This document shows, one piece after another, positions 19,065 through 26,912 of a stretch of 64,000 bases of DNA. The stretch covers positions 81,977 through 145,976 of the forward strand of contig JAKLGJ010000002.1 in the NCBI GenBank assembly GCA_022710715.1, given 5' to 3'. The notes below the pieces were generated by a model. It saw only the letters and a list, made by a program, of their open reading frames with translations. It was not told the DNA's origin and did no database searches. The stretch comes from Candidatus Omnitrophota bacterium. GTDB lineage: Bacteria > Omnitrophota > Gorgyraeia > Gygaellales > Profunditerraquicolaceae. How positions within the stretch are numbered: the first letter of the stretch is position 1; the number at the start of each line of letters is the position of its first letter. The translations under genes and the position numbers were made by a program.

Positions 19065-20029
19065 TAATTATTATTACCTTTTGATTTTTTAAACAGGTCC
19101 AGGAACCGATCTTCGTAATCCTTATAGACATTCCACTTATCCAGCTCGAATTTCAGTTCATTCGCCTTGGTGATATCATTCTTGGCCTGGAGAAAAAGCT
19201 TCTCGATCTTTTCCTTGATCGAAACAGGCAGTTTGGTAAGCTGACTCAGCGATTTCTTGATCTTTTCGATCTCATCTTCGCCGATAGGGCCGGGCGTGGG
19301 GCCGACCTTGAGATAATCCAGCAAGCCGTTGATCTGGCCTTCCATCGCATGCGCCTGTTCCGTGAGATCGGTAAAATCAAAACTCATCCCCAGCACGCCG
19401 GCAAGCACTTCCAGTACTGCCTGGGACGCTTTGGGATTTTCAATCTGAATAGTATAGAGCGGAATCTCGCCCAGCAGGCAAAACCCGTGGAATCCTTCCT
19501 GTTTGGCCATTCCCAGGAACAACCCGTTCAGCCCGCTGATATGACCTTCCTGCAACATCTGGGCGTTGCATTTTTTAAGCATGGCATTGAGATCTTTGGA
19601 GGTCGCGCTGTACCAAACCGCGGGATTCTGATTGTGGTCGATCGGCTGGGGCATGGCGGCGAAACTGACGACGGTCTTTACTTTGAAGCTCTTCGCCAGG
19701 CTCATAATCCGATTACAGTACTCCTCGGCCCGGATCAGATCCGGCTGGGCGTCGCTGATAAAGATGATCAGGTCGTTTTTTCCGGTTTTGCTCTTGTGGA
19801 AATAAAATTTGTTGAACGGCAATTCAGGCAGGTCGAGCACGCCCTCATGGATATAACTTTCTACCAGATAAAAGAAATCCTTGCTGGGGATTTCGGCAAA
19901 TTCCTCGGCTTTAAGCTTATCTACAAGATACGTTGCCGCCCTGAACGCGACTTCTCCCATCCCCGGCCAGGCTACCAGAAGATAGGGCGTCTTCAGACGC
20001 GGCCTTTTAGTGATTTTGATTCCTTCCAT
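19064..20029 (-). CDS. PAC2-family (proteasome assembly chaperone 2-like) protein
   Basis: N-terminal LLVAWPGMGEVAFRAATYLV resembles the conserved PAC2 G-P-G-x-G-x-V-G start; size (321 aa) fits bacterial PAC2 proteins. Confidence 0.45.
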   Translation of the reverse strand: MEGIKITKRPRLKTPYLLVAWPGMGEVAFRAATYLVDKLKAEEFAEIPSKDFFYLVESYIHEGVLDLPELPFNKFYFHKSKTGKNDLIIFISDAQPDLIRAEEYCNRIMSLAKSFKVKTVVSFAAMPQPIDHNQNPAVWYSATSKDLNAMLKKCNAQMLQEGHISGLNGLFLGMAKQEGFHGFCLLGEIPLYTIQIENPKASQAVLEVLAGVLGMSFDFTDLTEQAHAMEGQINGLLDYLKVGPTPGPIGEDEIEKIKKSLSQLTKLPVSIKEKIEKLFLQAKNDITKANELKFELDKWNVYKDYEDRFLDLFKKSKGNNN

Positions 20030-20079
20030 GAAACACGTTCTCCTTTCTCGATTATTCTATACCAAAGCTGCGGGATTGG

Positions 20080-21207
20080 CTAACTAAATTTAAAAGTTTT
20101 CAGGAATCGCTCTAAAACCCGGGCTCCTTTATACAGATTATCCAGCGTGATATACTCATTGGACAGGTGCGCGCAACCGCTGCAGCCGAACCCCGTCGCT
20201 ACGGCGGGAATGCCGTACTCCTGAAAGAAGGTGATGACCGTTGCCCCCTCGGAACCGGCGATATGCGGCCGGACGCCGCTGTCTCGCATCGCCCGGGACA
20301 GCGAAGCGACCAGCGGATGCGTGCGGTCAATCAGGTACGGTTGCTGCACGCCCTCGATCTCGATATCCCAGGAATGCGCGTGCGCGCGCACAATCCGCTT
20401 TATATCGCGCAACACTTTCTGATGCGACATCCCGGGCAGGAAGCGTACGTCGAGCTCGAACTCACACCACCCGGCCACCACATTGACCTTGTCCCCGCCG
20501 CGGATCGTGCCGATATTCATCGTGGGAGGCCGTAAGAAAGGATTCCGGCGAAAGCTGAACCGGTAACGCCGCAACTGCTGCAGAATATCCATCGCCTTCT
20601 CGATGGCGTTAACCCCCAGCCAGGGATATGCGCCATGGGCTTTCCTGCCCCGGATGGTCACCTTCAAATGCATCAATCCCTTTTGCGCCACCACGATCTC
20701 AAAATCATCGGCATCAAGCACCGCGACAGCGTCCGGCCGCAGCATGCCTTTTTGTATCAGCGGGATCAGCCCGTGCGTCGAACCGCTCTCTTCGTCGGCA
20801 GTGGCGGCGAATATCAACGTATACCCTAATCGATGCTTGTCTTCCGCCAGGCTGCGTAACACTTCCAGGGCCACGGCAAGATTGCCTTTGCAATCGGTCG
20901 AGCCCAGACCGAATAGCTTGCCGCCTTTGACCACGGCGGTAAAAGGATCTGTTTTCCAGCCCCCGCCGGCGGGAACGGTGTCCAGGTGCGGCGTGATCAA
21001 CAGCGACTTGCGGCACGCGGTGCCGGGCAACGTTGCGATCACGTTCGGCCGCCGATCATGGAATTCGTGCAGACGGACCGGAATGCGGCAGGCGCGGCAG
21101 AACTGTTTAACCCAGCGCGCAACGCGCACTTCATTGCCGGTGGGATTCTCGGAATTGATGCCGATCAATGCGGAGAGCGTCTGGACCAGGCGAGCGCGGT
21201 TAATCAT
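20080..21207 (-). CDS. M20-family metallopeptidase (ArgE/DapE-like deacylase)
   Basis: Metal-binding blocks TPHLDTVPAG, GSTDCKGN, ADEESG and a dimerisation domain; 375 aa. Confidence 0.8.
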   Translation of the reverse strand: MINRARLVQTLSALIGINSENPTGNEVRVARWVKQFCRACRIPVRLHEFHDRRPNVIATLPGTACRKSLLITPHLDTVPAGGGWKTDPFTAVVKGGKLFGLGSTDCKGNLAVALEVLRSLAEDKHRLGYTLIFAATADEESGSTHGLIPLIQKGMLRPDAVAVLDADDFEIVVAQKGLMHLKVTIRGRKAHGAYPWLGVNAIEKAMDILQQLRRYRFSFRRNPFLRPPTMNIGTIRGGDKVNVVAGWCEFELDVRFLPGMSHQKVLRDIKRIVRAHAHSWDIEIEGVQQPYLIDRTHPLVASLSRAMRDSGVRPHIAGSEGATVITFFQEYGIPAVATGFGCSGCAHLSNEYITLDNLYKGARVLERFLKTFKFS

Positions 21208-21228
21208 GGTTTATATCCTTTCCCGGGA

Positions 21229-21456
21229 TCAATGCGAGCAGCGCGAACAATCGCCTCCGGCGCAGCCGCTGCAGCCCGCGGCGGAACTCGCGGTGACGTT
21301 CCCGGAGCCATCCCGGGAAGTGAAAGCGAAGCTGGAAATCAGTTTTTTGAGCTTGCTGCTCTCGCAGTGCGGACAGACACATTGTTCTGCGCTGGACCGG
21401 ACCAGCAACTCGCACTTTTTTTTGCACTGCGCGCATTCGAATTCGTAAATGGGCAT
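21229..21456 (-). CDS. FmdB-family zinc-ribbon protein
   Basis: MPIYEFECAQCKK...CPHCES is the two-CxxC FmdB/regulatory zinc ribbon. Start taken at the internal Met of the track ORF. Confidence 0.65.
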   Translation of the reverse strand: MPIYEFECAQCKKKCELLVRSSAEQCVCPHCESSKLKKLISSFAFTSRDGSGNVTASSAAGCSGCAGGDCSRCSH

Positions 21457-21461
21457 GGGTT

Positions 21462-24305
21462 TTAGAAGTATTGGGTTATTCCCACCCACAGGCGGGTATC
21501 TTCTCGAGTCTCATGCAGCGCCCTGGCCGCATCCAGCCGAACCACCAGTTTTTCCAGAGGGCCGGCAAGGTCGAAATGGAAGCGCATGCCGAAACCGGCG
21601 TCTTTCTTGAACGCGGCGGCGGAAAAATCCGAGTACCAGGCTTTGCCGGCATCAAAAAAGAGCACTCCCTGTATTTTACTTAAACGCAGGATATTGTCCA
21701 GAAAATACCAACCCAGCTCATCGCGCAACGGGAAACGGTATTCCGCGCTTCCCAGCATCATGCGCGCACCGGGCAACGTCTTGCCGGCGTAACCGCGCAA
21801 TCCATCAGCGCCGCCGATCTCGAAAAGGTTTTTGTCCGCATGCGCTCCCCAGCCCGTTTTGCCGCGCACGGCAAGCACGTGCTGCTGCCGCTCGAGCACA
21901 ACGCAATAGCGCTGCAACTCCGCACTGGTCCGCCAGAACGCCTGGGTCCCTCCCAGGAAGTGACCGGCTGATTCCACGACGTGAATAAAACGCCAGCCGT
22001 ACTGCGGATCGCCGTACGGGCCAAAACGGCCCAGAGACCCGGCAAGCCCCAGGATCGCCTCGTCTTTCCTGCGGTAATGCTGGTTACGAATATCCTCTCT
22101 GCCGTTTAAACCCGGGCCGGTGTCGAATTTCTGATCGCGGATCAGGTAGAGGCTGATATGATCATTCACCCCGAACAAGCCGTAATTCGCCGGCCAGAGT
22201 TCTTTTCTGAAGTAAAGCTTGCCGCCGGCCACATCGTGACCGCGCTTGCTCGATTCGTAATCGAAAATCTCGAAACCCGCGGCTTGCTGTTTATTCCCCA
22301 GATGAGAAAGTTCATACCCCAGCACCGAATCCACGGCTTTGCCGTTAAAATCATACTGCGAGCTTATCCGCATCAGCGCATCAAACGGCTTCTGGACCGA
22401 AGCGGCTGCGCCCAGCGCAGCGCCTCCCACCGTCGGGCCGCATACCGCATTATATGAATCCCGGGGCAAAAGTACCGGCAATTCATAGGCAAAGAAATAC
22501 CAGGGCACCGGTTTGAAAGTTTTCCTGGCCGGCCAGTGATTATTGGTGCGGTCTATATCCAGCATGACGGCCTGTTCCGCGTCGACGTCCACGCGCACCA
22601 CTTTCTTCCCCGCGGCGACGGGAATAACGTGCACAGCCCCCCTGCCGTCCCAGTCATCGACCAGGCTCGACCCGTCGGCATAAGCGATCCGGGTCCGGAC
22701 CGGGATCTCCAGCGCCCCCTTGTTGCCGATCGCCACTTCTCCCGCCCCCACCCGCTTAACCACAAAATCACATTGTTTGCCGGTGCGCAGCCACTGATCA
22801 AAGAATGACGACAGGTCCTGACCGGCTTCCTCGCCGGCAATGCGGGCAAAGGTATCCACCGAAATGGTGCGAAAAGCGAATTCACGGGTATAACGCGCGA
22901 CGATACGGTCGAACACCTCGCGCCCCAGCTGTTTCTCAAGCATCCAGAGAATCGCAGCTCCCTTGCCGTAGGCCAGCGCAAAAATCGATGACGGTTCCCT
23001 GAAACTGGACAATTCGCCGATAACCGGACGGTCGTAGCCGCTTTTAGCCAGGTAGAGATACCGGGTGACCATGGAATCGCGAAAAGTAAAATTGGGAACC
23101 AGCCGACGCAGCAGGGGCGGCAGATCCATAACCCCGGCATTCTCGCCATACGTGTGCTCAAGGTATCGCAGAACCCAGTAGGAATTCATCCCTTCATCCA
23201 TGAACATCTCACGGTACTCGTCGGAACCGACGATGTTGTAAAACCACTGATGGCTGGTCTCATGAGAAACCAGGAAATCGAAATAGCGGTTCAGAAAATG
23301 CGGCAACCGGTAGAACCGGGTGTCGATAAAGATGAGCCCCGAAGACTGGTCTCCCCCGAATCCCAGGTAGCTGGGCACGACATGGAATTCTTTGTACGGA
23401 TAGGGGCCGAATCGCTGTTGATGGAACCGGATCAACCCGGCGGCGTGGCGAGCGGCGCGTCCGGCCGCTTCTTTGTTGCCGTCGACATAGTACGCGTTGA
23501 TCCGGATGCCGTCCTGTTCGAGAGAGACGGCCTCGAATGCACTGGAAATCCCCAGCCCCAGATCGCGCATGGGGGCCGCGCTTTCTAAAAACAATTCCTG
23601 CGTTCCGTCCGGCAGACGCTTCAGCGTTTTAAGTGCGCAGCCGGAAACCAGCGTGTATTCCTGCGGTAGACGGGCTTTCAGACGATACCGCGCCGCTTCG
23701 CTGAAGAAAGGCTGATGATAGATGTAGAACGGATAGCGGTGCCAGCCCTGCTTGTCCAGAACGCACAGCATGGGATACCAGCGGGTCAGCGTCGTGATCT
23801 GCCTGTGCCAGCCGAAACGGCCATAGCAATGAGGGATAGCAACCTGATAGGCAAGCGTGACCTCCGTGGCTTTGCCCGGCGCCAGCGCCGCGGGAAGAAT
23901 AATCTTGAGCAGCGTCTGATCCTGGCCTTCGATGCTATAATCGAGCGGATGCTGCGCCGCGCTCACTTGAAGAATCCGCAGATCTCCGCTCTGGAATCCT
24001 TCCGGATACGGATTGACTTTAAAGTAGCCGGCGTACCGGCTCATAAAGCGGATTTCCTGCGGCGAATAACGACGATGCGGATAGATATGAAAATAAAGCT
24101 CGCGGACAGGCTGATCGGAATTGTTGGTGAAGCTGACGCGCTGCTGCGCCTCGATACGGTGGCGGACGGGATCAAAAGAAGCCTCAATATCGTACTGCGG
24201 CTCTCCGGCAGCGAATGCCCCGGCAGGAAGCAGTACGGCGCAGCCGCAAAAAGCAGCCCATATGATACAAACGGACGGGATTATACGCGTGTAAAAGTTT
24301 CTCAC
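21462..24305 (-). CDS. secreted M1-family zinc metallopeptidase fused to a C-terminal Omp85/BamA-type outer-membrane beta-barrel (type Vd-like autotransporter architecture)
   Basis: Signal peptide (IIPSVCIIWAAFCGCAVLLPAGAFA). HEXXH-x18-E zincin site (HETSHQWFYNIVGSDEYREMFMDEGMNSYW). C-terminal ~330 aa carries Omp85-barrel motifs (GGADGLRGYAGKTL, AEYRFPL, FFDAGKAW, GFGMRFHFDLAGPLEKLVVRLDAA) and ends in aromatic ...GITQYF. Confidence 0.7.
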   Translation of the reverse strand: MRNFYTRIIPSVCIIWAAFCGCAVLLPAGAFAAGEPQYDIEASFDPVRHRIEAQQRVSFTNNSDQPVRELYFHIYPHRRYSPQEIRFMSRYAGYFKVNPYPEGFQSGDLRILQVSAAQHPLDYSIEGQDQTLLKIILPAALAPGKATEVTLAYQVAIPHCYGRFGWHRQITTLTRWYPMLCVLDKQGWHRYPFYIYHQPFFSEAARYRLKARLPQEYTLVSGCALKTLKRLPDGTQELFLESAAPMRDLGLGISSAFEAVSLEQDGIRINAYYVDGNKEAAGRAARHAAGLIRFHQQRFGPYPYKEFHVVPSYLGFGGDQSSGLIFIDTRFYRLPHFLNRYFDFLVSHETSHQWFYNIVGSDEYREMFMDEGMNSYWVLRYLEHTYGENAGVMDLPPLLRRLVPNFTFRDSMVTRYLYLAKSGYDRPVIGELSSFREPSSIFALAYGKGAAILWMLEKQLGREVFDRIVARYTREFAFRTISVDTFARIAGEEAGQDLSSFFDQWLRTGKQCDFVVKRVGAGEVAIGNKGALEIPVRTRIAYADGSSLVDDWDGRGAVHVIPVAAGKKVVRVDVDAEQAVMLDIDRTNNHWPARKTFKPVPWYFFAYELPVLLPRDSYNAVCGPTVGGAALGAAASVQKPFDALMRISSQYDFNGKAVDSVLGYELSHLGNKQQAAGFEIFDYESSKRGHDVAGGKLYFRKELWPANYGLFGVNDHISLYLIRDQKFDTGPGLNGREDIRNQHYRRKDEAILGLAGSLGRFGPYGDPQYGWRFIHVVESAGHFLGGTQAFWRTSAELQRYCVVLERQQHVLAVRGKTGWGAHADKNLFEIGGADGLRGYAGKTLPGARMMLGSAEYRFPLRDELGWYFLDNILRLSKIQGVLFFDAGKAWYSDFSAAAFKKDAGFGMRFHFDLAGPLEKLVVRLDAARALHETREDTRLWVGITQYF

Positions 24306-24943
24306 ATTATTCCTTTAAGAGGACAGCGAGCGCATCCGGGATTGCGCTTGCGGCAATAATCCTTGCCCAGGCGGACCAGCAGGGCATGATATTCGTTGAA
24401 CAGCTTCGCCTCGCGCGGCAAGCCGCGCATACAGAATGCCTGAATCCGGTCATACGCCGCATCCACGGCAATCAGGTCGTGGCGGGCAAATATCCTGCGG
24501 GTATAGCCATCGACCACAAATAGCGGCTTGTTCAGCGCAAACAATAGTATCGAATCGGCCGTCTCCGGACCGATGCCGTTGACGTTCAACAACTGCCGGC
24601 GCAGCGTCGATGTCGTGACCGCGGCAAGCGCGCGCAGGCCAGTTCCGCAATCCGGTCCGAGAAACGCCAGGAAATGCCGCAGGCGACGGGCCTTGACCGC
24701 ATAGCACCCTGCGGGGCGGATCACAGCCGCAAGCTTCTTGTCGCTGACTGCGAACATCCGGCGCGGCGTAAGCAGTCGGTATTCCCGCAGGCGACGGATG
24801 GCTTTCTCGACATTTACCCAGCTCGTATTCTGGGTCAGGATCGCGCCGACGCTGACCTCAAAAGGCGTTTCCGCCGGCCACCAGTGTTGCGGGCCGAAAT
24901 ACCGGTACAGCAATCGATAGATCTGCAAAACGCCAGCAGCCAT
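24302..24943 (-). CDS. HhH-GPD superfamily base-excision DNA glycosylase (endonuclease III-like)
   Basis: Helix-hairpin-helix LLNVNGIGPETADSILLFA, a catalytic Asp-containing loop, C-terminal Cys cluster (CRKRNPGCARCPL); 213 aa. Confidence 0.7.
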   Translation of the reverse strand: MAAGVLQIYRLLYRYFGPQHWWPAETPFEVSVGAILTQNTSWVNVEKAIRRLREYRLLTPRRMFAVSDKKLAAVIRPAGCYAVKARRLRHFLAFLGPDCGTGLRALAAVTTSTLRRQLLNVNGIGPETADSILLFALNKPLFVVDGYTRRIFARHDLIAVDAAYDRIQAFCMRGLPREAKLFNEYHALLVRLGKDYCRKRNPGCARCPLKGIM

Positions 24944-24959
24944 GCGCCATCGCTACCGT

Positions 24960-26912
24960 TTATTCTTTGAAAACCAGCGGGTTGTAATTATAGTAGGCAA
25001 AGATGGTATACGCCGTTCCGGAAACAGAACCGGTGCTCTTGCCTTGAGGCGTCATCCAGCCATGCCCGGTATCGACCACTTCCTGGCTGGCATACGGCAA
25101 ACATCCCTCTCCCTGGCCTGTCGGAGAAGGGCTGCTGATGATCATCGTGCACAAATCCGCCAGATACTCGTCTGCTTTCGACTCGTAGAGCCGGGCTTTT
25201 GACGTCATGTTCTGACGGTGATAGTATGCGGCCATGATGCGCAGCGACAGCACCATCTGCGCGGTCCATTCCGTAGAAATAATGCCCCCCCTGGCCACAT
25301 GCCGCTGCGGAGCGAAATCGAATCCCCTGATCGAAACTTTCTCTTTGCCGGACAGCGTCTGCTCTATGGTCACCGCGCAATTCTCTTCGGCGAATTCCAC
25401 GATTTTGTCGGGGTTCATGCCGAGTTCGTTCAGCTTCTCCGGGCCGAGAGCGGCGATAGACCAGGCATAGGTATCCGTGGCGATCGTCGAATCCCCTTTG
25501 CCGCGTTTGATCGGGATTTCAGACTCATCATACGAATGCCGCATCAACCAGTCCAGGACTTTGTTCCGGGCATCAAGATAAACCGGCTTGCCGGTCAACT
25601 TATAAAGCATATGGAAGAACGCATAGGCATCCAGATTGTGCTCGGTAGCAAACCAGTTCACGTCCGGTCCTCCCCGCACTCCGCCTTCCGGATCCTGCGC
25701 CTGCAGATCCATGATTTTCCGGGCTATCTCTTCGGCCAGCACAAGGTATTTTGCGTCCTGCGCCTTGCGCACGTAGTGAACCAGAGCCATGCCGACCCAG
25801 AGATTCGGACCGCTGTGCACGATATATTCGGCGGGGGCGCCGTCATTGACATAATAGGCGTTCACGAACAGACCGTTGGACCGCTTGGCTTTCTTGACGA
25901 AGAAATCCAGTATTTTCCTGGCTCGCTCGAAATCCGAGAAGAATATGTGCGCTTGCGCCACCAGCGCCTGATCGTAAATGAACGCCCAGCCCTTAACATC
26001 CTTATCCCCCTCAAAGCTCATCACCAGGCCGGTGCGCGGATTCTGATGCACGGTCAGCCACTTATACATCCTGTCGAAGTTCGCCTGTTCCAGCACGGTC
26101 TTTTTCTGATCCAGCCGCAGCAGTTCTTCGGTTACCACGCTCTCTTTATGCTGCAGAGCGATCAATTGCTCCTGGAACGCCGCCTTGTCCCGGGTCAGCG
26201 CATCGATCATGCCGTTGAGTTCGCTTACCCGGCCTGCGGCGCGCACTTCTTCCTGCTTGACCTTTTCCGCCAGAAGCTTTTTCTCATCCTCGATGGTCTG
26301 TATGCGCAACTGCAACGCCTGAATATTTAACTGCAGATCGTCTTTTTCCCTGTTGATCTGTTTGATCTTGTTCTTCGCGGTATTGGATTCCCGTAATATC
26401 TGCAACAGTTGTTTGACCAGCTGCCGGTTGCCTTCCACCAGCTTCATGTTCACATACCCGTTGAATCCGATACCGGCCGCCAGGATCAGGATAAGACTTA
26501 TGATCGCCGGCACGAACAACCGTTTGGTCCAGGCATAGCGGATGATCCGCTGCTGGCCTCTGGGATCGACCATCTCGTAGGTCAAGCCGACGGAAAATGT
26601 TTCTTCTTCCTGCGCAGCGGCACGCGTCCAGGCGATCTTGGCGCTGGCGCTGACCGCCGGACGGTTCAGGGGCATGGTGATCTTCAGCGCGATCACTGCC
26701 TGACGCGATTCGATCAAGCTGACAATCTCCGGCTTGAGCTGATGCACATCCAGCAGAATCCCGCCGTTACCCACGTTATGGGTGAATCCCTGGATCCAAT
26801 CGGACAGCGGATGCGCGCCATCGGGACTCATCAACCTGAAGAGCACCGGGAACACTGAATCCAACCTGATATACTGCCTGCGTTCGTCCGGACGTTGGTT
26901 GTTATGGATCAT
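24960..26912 (-). CDS. PilZ domain / transmembrane / coiled-coil protein with C-terminal (alpha/alpha)6 glycoside-hydrolase-like domain
   Basis: N-terminal PilZ motifs (RRQYIRL ... NVGNGGILL), one TM segment (VPAIISLILILAAGIGF), ~120 aa of heptad-rich coiled coil, then a ~380-aa domain with a six-hairpin-glycosidase-like pattern of aromatic/acidic residues. Confidence 0.55.
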   Translation of the reverse strand: MIHNNQRPDERRQYIRLDSVFPVLFRLMSPDGAHPLSDWIQGFTHNVGNGGILLDVHQLKPEIVSLIESRQAVIALKITMPLNRPAVSASAKIAWTRAAAQEEETFSVGLTYEMVDPRGQQRIIRYAWTKRLFVPAIISLILILAAGIGFNGYVNMKLVEGNRQLVKQLLQILRESNTAKNKIKQINREKDDLQLNIQALQLRIQTIEDEKKLLAEKVKQEEVRAAGRVSELNGMIDALTRDKAAFQEQLIALQHKESVVTEELLRLDQKKTVLEQANFDRMYKWLTVHQNPRTGLVMSFEGDKDVKGWAFIYDQALVAQAHIFFSDFERARKILDFFVKKAKRSNGLFVNAYYVNDGAPAEYIVHSGPNLWVGMALVHYVRKAQDAKYLVLAEEIARKIMDLQAQDPEGGVRGGPDVNWFATEHNLDAYAFFHMLYKLTGKPVYLDARNKVLDWLMRHSYDESEIPIKRGKGDSTIATDTYAWSIAALGPEKLNELGMNPDKIVEFAEENCAVTIEQTLSGKEKVSIRGFDFAPQRHVARGGIISTEWTAQMVLSLRIMAAYYHRQNMTSKARLYESKADEYLADLCTMIISSPSPTGQGEGCLPYASQEVVDTGHGWMTPQGKSTGSVSGTAYTIFAYYNYNPLVFKE

